Positions 45,025 through 54,085 of a stretch of DNA of 64,000 bases are shown here, piece by piece. The notes below the pieces were generated by a model. That model saw only the letters and a program-made list of their open reading frames with translations, was not told the origin of the DNA and ran no database searches. The translations under genes and the position numbers were made by a program. This DNA is from an uncultured virus (IMG/VR IMGVR_UViG_3300035698_018446) (taxonomy: Duplodnaviria > Heunggongvirae > Uroviricota > Caudoviricetes), in the IMG/VR virus record IMGVR_UViG_3300035698_018446. The stretch is one strand, 5' to 3'. Every line of letters starts with the position of its first letter. The stretch's first letter is position 1.

Positions 45025-48000
45025 ATGTCAGGTCTGGTACAGTACGATAGATTCCAAAAAACGAAGCTCTACCGGGGAGAGCTAGGGGCCTACACGATTC
45101 TATCTTTTCCGGGTAATATCCAGATCGCACAGCCCCCTTCGCTTAGGACGGTGAGCTTGGTCTTCACGGATCACGCGCCAATCACGAAAGGATCCGGGGT
45201 TGGAAATCTGGCGCAGGCGTCAGATGTGTTTGTTCGTGTTGATGGCGTGGATCGCATTGTGTTTGACATTGATCCCTTGTGTGGGGTTCTCTATGTGGAC
45301 GGGGCGATCACAACGGGTTCTCAGGTAGAAGTTGATTACTTCTGGACGGATCACTTGATCACGCCGTTCACTGGGCTCAATGATCCCAATCAGACCTTTA
45401 ATCAATGGCACAACGTTTACAGCGGGCCTTTCACTTTTTCCACTTTATCTTTGCCCGGACTCAAGCCTCAACCTCAAAAAAAGGGGTACAGGTATAGGAT
45501 GTTGGAGCGCGCATATTCTGCGCTGCTTAATGATCCTACACTCATGGTCTTGAATGAGGATAGTACACAGATATATTCAAATCGTCTTGAGACTACTTTC
45601 ACACCGTCGGCTACGTCTTTCGAAGGTGATCGCCAGCCAACAGATCCTAATGTAGGGTTCACGCATCAAGGCCCTCAATTAGGCGTGGTGGATGGGCTGA
45701 ACAGATCTTACATCCTTACAGACACATCATCTTCTGTGGGTATCACGGGAAGTTTGCCAAATTTCTTTAGCAAGGCTCTGGATCTAAAGGGGGCTTACAG
45801 GGCGATTCTCAATGTTCGATTTCGTCTAAATTCTTACACAGCGGAGAAAGATTGGACGGGCTTTTCATGGGGGTGGGCGGACGCTCAGTCTATGGTTTTT
45901 GCCTCAGTCTTAGATGTGCAAGGGTTGACTTTTGTGGGGCTCCTCGCGCGCGGGGGCGATGAATCTGATTTCAACAGTTATGCGGGCCGATCTTTTCCCG
46001 TTGAAAATCGCATCGTAGCGGGTGTTCCTCAAGCCGATCTTCTTGTGTGGGATGCAGCTCCCCCTTTTACGGTCGGAAGCCGCATCTTGGTTGGAGACGT
46101 AATAAGGGCTGTGGATGCGATCGTACAAGATGTGTCTAATCCTGATCGGTGGTTAATTCAGATCAGCTCCCCCATGCTTCAAAATCAAGTCTACAAGGTC
46201 TTCATAGGGCTGGATGTGTCTTTAGATGCTTCCTATCGCATAGAGTACGATGCACAGAAAGGCTTGGTTTCTTTGTTTCGAGCCGCAAATGTTTCGCCCA
46301 TAGCTCTTGTCTCTATAAGCGACTTGGCGATCACGCCCGAAGTTTATGGATCTTTGGTGCGGTCCAATGAGATGTTCTGGGGGTGTATGTCGCGGCGAGC
46401 GCGGACCACACTAGCGTTAGACTTCATTCGATACGTCTTTGCTCCAGTCAATGCCTCTGGTGCCTCTTTTGCGCAGTTTGTCCGCATGGAAGGTGACGTT
46501 CTTCCCCAAGACGAGCCCGAATACCCTTGGACTTTAGCGGACAATGAGGGTGATATTTCCATTGTCAATATGGACTTCTTGCAGATTCAAGAAGCGGGCA
46601 AGGTCACTCAGGGCGGTTTTGGCTACGTTCGCTACGAACCTTTTTTAAACGCAGATACTATCTTTTCGGGAAGATTCCGAATGCGTGTGCATTCTTGGGC
46701 ATTAGGATCTCCCGCGCAAATGGTGGTGTCCGATGGTGTGCGGGAATTAACACTAGCTTTATGGGAGGATCCGGGCGCGCTTTCTTCTGACACCTCAAGC
46801 GCGTTAGCTCTGCTCTCCAAGGGTTTCTGGCAGTTCCCCGACGCCTTGTCTATTCAGAGCCGGGGGCACTTGGTGGGGGCCACGAACCTCTTGACGACTC
46901 GATTCCTGCATCCTTTTTCGGGCACAGAATATCCCGAGAATGAGGGGTGGACTTCTACTTACTCTCTCCCAGAGCAGGGCTTTGAAGACGACACATGGAT
47001 TTACACACACAAGAATGGTGTCCCATCTTCGGCAACGCGTCTTTTTGTTGGGAGCTATGTCAATTACATTTCAAACATAAGGCTAAAAGTCACAGAATAT
47101 CAGACTGATCCCTTGAATCTATCCGCGATTCCTTTCTGGTGGGGCTTGTCTGATGGCGAGAGACAGGTCTTTGTGACTTTGACGGCGGAAGGCGGGGTGA
47201 GGTACGTCGCTTTTTGCACATCTACTGGTCAGGTCTTGACGGGCATTGGGGGTCCGTTACGTCAGATACTCGGATGGGATGATGGTGAGTACCACACGAT
47301 TCGCGTTGTGCGAAATGCGGACTTCATTAGTTTGTATGGAGACAATGTATACTTGGGTGTGTATGCTATATCAGAATTTCCTACTACCACAAACACAAGA
47401 TCAGGTTTCTTTTCTGGGTCTCAGAATGTCTCTCTCGAAGTGGACTATTTCTTTACACATAGTCAGAATTTTAATCCCAGAAGACTAGGAATCTACACGG
47501 GTGGGGATTATAACGTCATATCCAACTATGATCTCGCCGCTCTGGAATGGCTCGGAAATTTCGCAGAAATTGAAATGTTTCGGGACCCTCAAGGTCAAGT
47601 TTTTGTGTATGTCAATGGATCATCGACACCAATCTTTGAAATGTCTTATGAAGATTTACCTTTCGTGCAATCGCGTCCTCAAATAGCGAACAATGGTATC
47701 CCTTATGTGTTGTGGGGATCTTTTGACCCTAGAAGCTACTCACAAACTTTGTGGGATTATGTCCGTTATGATTTGAAGCCTAGATCAGAACGGATTGGTG
47801 TACTCCCCAACAATACCAACAATTGGGCAAACGTTATCACATCCTCAGAGCCTTTGTTGGACAATTCTGCACAACAGTTCACTTTGGTTTCTGATTCTCG
47901 CTTTAGAGTGCGAATTTCACAATTAGGTCAGAATCCTCAACGCATTCTCTCCGTGACGAGTTTAGATGGGTCCTCATCGTACCCTTTCAGTTTTATTCTA

Positions 48001-48750
48001 GGTGATCGAGACATCATCATCTTGGGGCTAGGACTTCCACAAGAGTTCAACCCTGTCGTCGTGACTTTTCTGGAAGGGAAGGCATGGTCTGCGAATTATC
48101 TTGCTGGTCAGATCGCGGTGACACAGCTTAATGAGGGTACGCCGATTGTCCCTCTGTCTCAGCTAGGTCAAATGCGTGCTGAGATGGTGCCGGATAATGC
48201 CCTCGTCGATCCGCCTAGCGATCCTCCCGGCGCCCGCGTATTTTCGGACGGCAAGAACACCGTGCGCTTTGTTCTCAATGACGTGAGACCTTATTATGAG
48301 GCTTTGGAAATTTATGAAGACAGCAACGGTGAGCTTGGTCTTGCTGCGCCTGTCTGTGCGGACTGGGTAGCTCTAGGTTTGGATACTCCCTATGGCGAAG
48401 CCTACCTTCTCCCCGCTGAAGGGGGGTGGGGTAGCCGCTCCATTTTCACACTGGGCTCATCGCTCCTTAACCGTTCTGTTTTGATCCATCCCGGACAGCC
48501 TTCGCCCGTGCATATGTCATTTGCTTGGTTGAATGCGGAAGTGCTGGAGCCCTATGGAGATGCCTTTCAGGTGGCGCAGTCATCTCTGGTTGATGTCTAT
48601 GGTGCAGGGCTACTAAATAACCCCTTAGCGACCTTGAATGTCTCCACCCCCGCAACCGATCCCTTCTATGCATTCTCGGCTGTTTTTACACTTAACAATC
48701 CCGGTGTTCCCATAGTGATCCCCGTGGATCTCTTGACTTCAATACCTTGA
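45025..48750 (+). CDS. large putative baseplate/virion protein with lectin-like beta-sandwich repeats
   Basis: 1241 aa, beta-rich, repeated xDYVRY/xDFIRY domain ends; structural block context. Confidence 0.6.
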   Translation: MSGLVQYDRFQKTKLYRGELGAYTILSFPGNIQIAQPPSLRTVSLVFTDHAPITKGSGVGNLAQASDVFVRVDGVDRIVFDIDPLCGVLYVDGAITTGSQVEVDYFWTDHLITPFTGLNDPNQTFNQWHNVYSGPFTFSTLSLPGLKPQPQKKGYRYRMLERAYSALLNDPTLMVLNEDSTQIYSNRLETTFTPSATSFEGDRQPTDPNVGFTHQGPQLGVVDGLNRSYILTDTSSSVGITGSLPNFFSKALDLKGAYRAILNVRFRLNSYTAEKDWTGFSWGWADAQSMVFASVLDVQGLTFVGLLARGGDESDFNSYAGRSFPVENRIVAGVPQADLLVWDAAPPFTVGSRILVGDVIRAVDAIVQDVSNPDRWLIQISSPMLQNQVYKVFIGLDVSLDASYRIEYDAQKGLVSLFRAANVSPIALVSISDLAITPEVYGSLVRSNEMFWGCMSRRARTTLALDFIRYVFAPVNASGASFAQFVRMEGDVLPQDEPEYPWTLADNEGDISIVNMDFLQIQEAGKVTQGGFGYVRYEPFLNADTIFSGRFRMRVHSWALGSPAQMVVSDGVRELTLALWEDPGALSSDTSSALALLSKGFWQFPDALSIQSRGHLVGATNLLTTRFLHPFSGTEYPENEGWTSTYSLPEQGFEDDTWIYTHKNGVPSSATRLFVGSYVNYISNIRLKVTEYQTDPLNLSAIPFWWGLSDGERQVFVTLTAEGGVRYVAFCTSTGQVLTGIGGPLRQILGWDDGEYHTIRVVRNADFISLYGDNVYLGVYAISEFPTTTNTRSGFFSGSQNVSLEVDYFFTHSQNFNPRRLGIYTGGDYNVISNYDLAALEWLGNFAEIEMFRDPQGQVFVYVNGSSTPIFEMSYEDLPFVQSRPQIANNGIPYVLWGSFDPRSYSQTLWDYVRYDLKPRSERIGVLPNNTNNWANVITSSEPLLDNSAQQFTLVSDSRFRVRISQLGQNPQRILSVTSLDGSSSYPFSFILGDRDIIILGLGLPQEFNPVVVTFLEGKAWSANYLAGQIAVTQLNEGTPIVPLSQLGQMRAEMVPDNALVDPPSDPPGARVFSDGKNTVRFVLNDVRPYYEALEIYEDSNGELGLAAPVCADWVALGLDTPYGEAYLLPAEGGWGSRSIFTLGSSLLNRSVLIHPGQPSPVHMSFAWLNAEVLEPYGDAFQVAQSSLVDVYGAGLLNNPLATLNVSTPATDPFYAFSAVFTLNNPGVPIVIPVDLLTSIP

Positions 48751-48862
48751 GCTTGCACTTTTGGATCCGTTATGTTAAGGGACCGTAGATAGGCACAGTC
48801 AAGAATGTTTTAATTTTTGAATGTAACTGTCTGACCACCTCTACCCGTAAGGCTTCAACACA

Positions 48863-49513
48863 ATGCTGCGTAAACTGATTGATCGGATTATCTATATTTG
48901 GGGTAATCTCAAGACCTCCATGGGAATCAGCTATCACGACTTCATCTCCACAAAAGGTTTCAAGGGTGAATTGTTTATCACGGTCGTGGGTGTGGATGGA
49001 AGGCTTCTGGACACACGACACATCAAGAATATCATTACAAGGGATATGTCTCTCTTAGTCTCAAGACTACTCAAGAGTAATAATGAGCCTCTGCGCGGTA
49101 TCTCAATGCTTGCAGTAGGCACAGGAGATGTGGGTTGGGATCTTCAAAACCCCCCCGCTCCCACGAATACGCAGCGGTCACTGTATAATGAGATCGCTCG
49201 AAAGGGGTTCGCGACGGTGAACTTTGTTGACGCGGGTGGGCTCCCAACGGCGATTCCTACGAACGTCGTGGATTTTACGACGGTGTATTCTGAGACGGAG
49301 GCCGTTGGCCCCCTTGTGGAAATGGGATTGTTAGGCGGTGATGCCAACCCCTTAGCACCCGGAATCAAGAACCCAATCCTGCCTCCAAATGGCGCTTATG
49401 ATCCAAATGTAGACGTGGTGGGCAAAGATACTCTGTGCAACTATCTCACCTTTCCGGTGATCAATAAGCCTGCGACGGCTGTTTTGACTTTGACGTGGCG
49501 GATCACAACTTGA
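48863..49513 (+). CDS. putative baseplate / tail-collar fibre protein
   Basis: AVGTGD...SLYNEIARK...EAVGPLVEMGL...FPVINK...LTLTWRIT pattern; true start may be 48920. Confidence 0.6.
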   Translation: MLRKLIDRIIYIWGNLKTSMGISYHDFISTKGFKGELFITVVGVDGRLLDTRHIKNIITRDMSLLVSRLLKSNNEPLRGISMLAVGTGDVGWDLQNPPAPTNTQRSLYNEIARKGFATVNFVDAGGLPTAIPTNVVDFTTVYSETEAVGPLVEMGLLGGDANPLAPGIKNPILPPNGAYDPNVDVVGKDTLCNYLTFPVINKPATAVLTLTWRITT

Positions 49514-49522
49514 GGTGGATAA

Positions 49523-52066
49523 ATGTCAGCTAATTACGGTGCTGGGGTGTCACGGTACCTTGACCCCACTGGACACAATTATGATATTCTGGTGTACCAG
49601 ACAAGCAAGCCCGTTTTTGATTCCGAACTCAATCTCACGCAAGATATTCGGCAAGATCATAACAGGGAGGCGTTAAAGACTTCAACACCTTCAGGATTCT
49701 TGACGGGCGATTTTTTAACATCCGAAAGGACGGATTTTGCTTTCGGTCTCAATGCAAACACAATGGTTTTGACGAATCGTCCTGTTGTAAATGTTAATGG
49801 TTGGATATTTCCTGTAGAGTTTACGGGCACAATCTCTGTAGGGTCGAATACAATCTTATTGGATGCTCCCCCAATTGGTGCAGCAGATGTCGGCGCCGAT
49901 TTCGTCTATCTCGAAGTATGGCGCGCTCTGCTTGCACCCAATCCTTCTGCTGTGAACAAGCCTAGCGCGACAAGTCTGTACTTCAATGGTAACGTTTTGG
50001 CCGATCCTTTGACCAACCTTGCGGATGATCTCATTGATCCCCTCTTCTCTTCTGAGTCTACGCAGAGGGTCCAGATTCAATACGCGATCCGCTCCCAGCG
50101 TCTCTCGACTCGTCAGAATCGTTTAGGCTACACCGATCCGAACGTCTTCGCAAGAGGCCCCTCTGGCTTGCTTTCTCCCGATGCGTTTAGCCCAGTGTCT
50201 GGAGATAGTGGCTTGTGGGTTGCAGGATCGGGCGTTGGTGGTGATCTGGGTACTGTGGACGGCTTGGTATACTCAATACCCTTGTGTATGGCTTTTCGCC
50301 GCAACACGAGCCCTTGGGATTATCTGTCTAATGGTAACGGAGGGTCTTTGATCGCCTCCGGTATATCAGACAGACCTGATGGCTTGTATGGGGATCAAGT
50401 ATCTGATTCCGATATCCTAGACCTTCGTCATGCGGTCTCGCTTGGGGGAGTAGACACGCTTCAAATCTTAGATATCAACGCCTCTCTTCTGATGGATCAG
50501 AATCTAAGACAATCCGTGACAGATACCAACATGACGGGCTGGTATGCGGGAGGTGATAATGTAGGAAACACCTTCCTCAAGGCGGATGATTTCGTACCTT
50601 CCACTCCTGTGACCGATCCTCCTTCAGGTAATACGGTGAGAAGCGCGGATGGAATATGTCAGGTGTTTACGGATAGACCTTACCTCCAGAGATATACCCT
50701 CGTCGTGTCTGCTCCGGGCGCAGGTTGGACAAGTGGTGATGTCATCCTGTTCAGCTTGGCAACATTATCTGCGTTGGGGGCACCAATAGCAGATGAAATG
50801 CCTTTGGGCACTGTTATTCGGGATGTCTCTCGTATCGTCTTGGATGACACCAATGGTGTGAGAGGGTATCTACCTTTCCCTGAAGGTGTGATCACAGGAT
50901 TGCAGACACAGGCGGCACAGATCACATTGGGCACGAGCCCCGTCGTAGGATCAAACAGGGATCTTTGGGTTGATTTTGAGCTTGAATACCCCGCTGCATC
51001 AGGTCTTTCTTCGCATGTAACTGAGACACTTCTCAATTTCAATATTGTAGTACATGCACCTTCAAACCTCAATTCTGCGATTGGTTCTGTTTTTGCGGAC
51101 AATCCGGCTGGAAGATCGGCGGTGAGAGCTTTCTTATTTTCTGAGTTTGAAGCGCCTCATCGTGAGCTTACCTTGTATCACACCACAGCAAGTCCTTTTG
51201 TGCTGTCCGTGCGGGCGCTAGATGCTACAACGATTGTGTTGGCAGAAAGTATTCACACAGGTGTCTTAGGGGTGGTGAGCGTCACGGATAGCGCACTGGT
51301 GTCTCATGTAGTGTCTTCTGTGGATATCACGGGGCGGATTATATCTTTGGATGTCCTTGACCCACTTCCCAATTCCGATGACTTGGTGTCTGTGTCGTAC
51401 TTCCCCGCCCGTCCTATGCCGATTACGGCGACTCCCTTTACTCTGTACTACAGGACATGTGCTTTGCAAGCCGTGCCTTTCGAGTATTTGCCTTCGTCTT
51501 TAAGCGTCATGCCCCTCGTGATCTCCAAAGAGATTTTTGTGGCTACCGCGTCTTCAGGGTCTTCTATTACGCCGTACCCTTATGAGTCACCTACCAATCA
51601 ACTCCCCAATCACGCATCGACACCTGATTGGGACGGGGAAGACGGTTTGCGTTCTCCAGCGGACACCTCAATTGATGATTTCAGCGCGAATGCGGGGATG
51701 CTCCAGCTGCCCGCTTTGATTCCTTTTGCTCCGGGAGCGGTCTGGATGTTTTCGGATCCCGTGAACATTACCGTGGAAGATCAGGAGTTCATCGATCATT
51801 ATCGTAGCTCCCCCACGGCGGCATACAAGCCTTCTGTGGTCGCGCAAGGATTAAGCTCGAATGCGGACCATAAGGCGTTTACCTTTGTCTTGGCGCGGCT
51901 CCTACAAGACACGGACTTCGCGCGCGCGGGAGAAGTGTTGATGCTGGGTCTCTCACAGATCCATAAAGATGGCAAGGAAAACCGCCTTGCCATGTCTGAT
52001 AATGCATTGGAGGGCGCAGCGGCCTGTGCTGTGTATCGTGTGAAGGGATCATGGCTTATGCCTTGA
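49523..52066 (+). CDS. putative baseplate wedge / fibre-attachment protein (DUF4815-like)
   Basis: YQTSKPVFDSELNLTQD, DFVYLEVW, RVQIQY, TVDGLVYSIPLC, RPDGLY; paralog of 59053-63462. Confidence 0.65.
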   Translation: MSANYGAGVSRYLDPTGHNYDILVYQTSKPVFDSELNLTQDIRQDHNREALKTSTPSGFLTGDFLTSERTDFAFGLNANTMVLTNRPVVNVNGWIFPVEFTGTISVGSNTILLDAPPIGAADVGADFVYLEVWRALLAPNPSAVNKPSATSLYFNGNVLADPLTNLADDLIDPLFSSESTQRVQIQYAIRSQRLSTRQNRLGYTDPNVFARGPSGLLSPDAFSPVSGDSGLWVAGSGVGGDLGTVDGLVYSIPLCMAFRRNTSPWDYLSNGNGGSLIASGISDRPDGLYGDQVSDSDILDLRHAVSLGGVDTLQILDINASLLMDQNLRQSVTDTNMTGWYAGGDNVGNTFLKADDFVPSTPVTDPPSGNTVRSADGICQVFTDRPYLQRYTLVVSAPGAGWTSGDVILFSLATLSALGAPIADEMPLGTVIRDVSRIVLDDTNGVRGYLPFPEGVITGLQTQAAQITLGTSPVVGSNRDLWVDFELEYPAASGLSSHVTETLLNFNIVVHAPSNLNSAIGSVFADNPAGRSAVRAFLFSEFEAPHRELTLYHTTASPFVLSVRALDATTIVLAESIHTGVLGVVSVTDSALVSHVVSSVDITGRIISLDVLDPLPNSDDLVSVSYFPARPMPITATPFTLYYRTCALQAVPFEYLPSSLSVMPLVISKEIFVATASSGSSITPYPYESPTNQLPNHASTPDWDGEDGLRSPADTSIDDFSANAGMLQLPALIPFAPGAVWMFSDPVNITVEDQEFIDHYRSSPTAAYKPSVVAQGLSSNADHKAFTFVLARLLQDTDFARAGEVLMLGLSQIHKDGKENRLAMSDNALEGAAACAVYRVKGSWLMP

Positions 52067-52078
52067 GGGGAGAATTGA

Positions 52079-54058
52079 ATGCCACGCAAGAACAATCCGA
52101 ATGATTTGGTGTTAGGGACGGGACAAGCAGCGCAGAATTCTGTGTCCGCTTCTGCTTTGATCTCAGTGAATTTCTCAACCGCCCCCGACATTGATGTCAC
52201 AGCGGCTCAGATATCGGTGGACACTCCTCTGGCGGTGTCGGGTAACAACGTACAGCTTCATGTGGATGGCATCTCTGGACTATCCCCAAGACCTCTGCCG
52301 CCTACTTTGAACACCGTGTATTCTTCAAATGACTTTGTGGTCACACCTGTCCCTAAAGTAGGAGTCATCGCCGGAACAAACACCGTTGTTCTTGTAGTGC
52401 CAACGAACACCCTAACCTTTAATTTTGTGCTGTTTCCCGCAGACAGGGGTGTCTTGTCCGTAGATTTTGATCCTACTCTCACGGGTGCAGGATATCAATC
52501 TGTACAGGCTTTGGACCTCAGTGTTGTCTTTGTCGATGGATCGCCTCAAGCGGACACGGCTCCTTCAAGGCGTGTAGGGCAGTTAGATTATGTTTCGGGA
52601 TCCAATCTAGCGGCGTCTCTAGGTTTTTTACCTCAGAACACATCCTTAGTGGATAGACTACCCCGCTCTGAAGACTATGCCCGCGCGAATTTCCCCTTCC
52701 TCGCGCCGGGTGTGAATCCTGTTTACCCCGCATACTCTGAAGGATTCACGGGTCAGCAGATCGCTCGCACCTCTATCCAGATGACCTTCGGTGTAGGGCA
52801 AAATGGCAGAGTCCGCGTTGTACAGTATAAGAGTAGGGCAGACTTCCAGCGGGCTCAGTCCAATCTTGTCTTTCAATCGTGGGCTAATGTCGATTTCAGT
52901 GCGTCAGTCGGATTTTTCTTGGACACCACCGCAGTTCCCGTGGTCGTGACGGGATACACTTTCACCCCGAACAATACCGCGAATTCTGCGGCAGTAGGTT
53001 TGAATAGACGCTTCCTCAGCGGTATTTTGCATTACGCGCCGAATGACACCTTCAACGTATCTTGGAACGGAACGGGCCTCTACGCAAACACATACAGCTT
53101 TGAAGGCGCAGAAATCCAACGCGTAAGTGGTGACACCACAGCACCAACACCGATCTTCTACACAGATTACACGGTCTCGCCAACCCCCTTAGCGAGTGAT
53201 GTATCTTCTTACACAAACGCAGCTTTTATTTTCAGTAACGGAGCGGGGGGTGTCCGTTTAGCTCGTCCTGTAGTCAGAGCATCGAAGCCTAATGGGTTTA
53301 GTAACAGCTCGACATATTTTGGTAGCACGATCCTCGTCCATGAGGGGAGCTTTCTCGCGCCGTCTTTTACGGAAGAGACGTTCAACACAGAAAGAGCGCG
53401 GTATGATTACCTTGATGATGCTGAACTCCCTTATTACCCCACGGGACAGGACTCGAATTGGGATGCTACAATCACGATAGCAAATCGGACGGAACTGCAA
53501 GTAAGGGCTTTGGATGTGACGAATCGGTTGAATTTAGGATATGGGGGAGGGGAGTTAACGTGGCCGGAATTTAATTATGGCTTGGGGCACTTCCCCACCA
53601 CGAAGAACGGCGTAGCACCGCAGGAGAATTATTCAGTGGGCGGTCTAACGGTCTTCCCCGAAAGAGGGTATGTGCGAGCTTTCGATGCCGGATCTCCACG
53701 TCGAGAAGGTCGATTGAGGATCGATGGCACGTTTAAGATTTCTACCTATGTTTCTCTACTAGAAATGTTGATGGATGTTTCGGGCTCAGGAATCGAGATA
53801 GCACTGGCCGCGTCGGGGGCGAACTTAGTCTATTACTCTTCGATATTGCGGCCCTTATACGCGGGGGGGATTTACACAGAAATTGAAGAAATTAGCCCCA
53901 ATTCCGTGGTCATATCTTACTTACTTCCCCATACTCCTCATCTAATTGGTGGTTTCTATCCCGTCACTCTTCAATTAGAGATCACATCGGGATCGCAAGC
54001 TACAACGGGCGGGGCGAATTTTGGTGTGCAACGTCTTCTAATGTTACCCCCTCTATGA
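52079..54058 (+). CDS. putative virion structural protein
   Basis: 659-aa beta-rich ORF within the structural operon. Confidence 0.6.
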   Translation: MPRKNNPNDLVLGTGQAAQNSVSASALISVNFSTAPDIDVTAAQISVDTPLAVSGNNVQLHVDGISGLSPRPLPPTLNTVYSSNDFVVTPVPKVGVIAGTNTVVLVVPTNTLTFNFVLFPADRGVLSVDFDPTLTGAGYQSVQALDLSVVFVDGSPQADTAPSRRVGQLDYVSGSNLAASLGFLPQNTSLVDRLPRSEDYARANFPFLAPGVNPVYPAYSEGFTGQQIARTSIQMTFGVGQNGRVRVVQYKSRADFQRAQSNLVFQSWANVDFSASVGFFLDTTAVPVVVTGYTFTPNNTANSAAVGLNRRFLSGILHYAPNDTFNVSWNGTGLYANTYSFEGAEIQRVSGDTTAPTPIFYTDYTVSPTPLASDVSSYTNAAFIFSNGAGGVRLARPVVRASKPNGFSNSSTYFGSTILVHEGSFLAPSFTEETFNTERARYDYLDDAELPYYPTGQDSNWDATITIANRTELQVRALDVTNRLNLGYGGGELTWPEFNYGLGHFPTTKNGVAPQENYSVGGLTVFPERGYVRAFDAGSPRREGRLRIDGTFKISTYVSLLEMLMDVSGSGIEIALAASGANLVYYSSILRPLYAGGIYTEIEEISPNSVVISYLLPHTPHLIGGFYPVTLQLEITSGSQATTGGANFGVQRLLMLPPL

Positions 54059-54085
54059 TGATGTTTTCTGGAACAGGAAGTGAAC

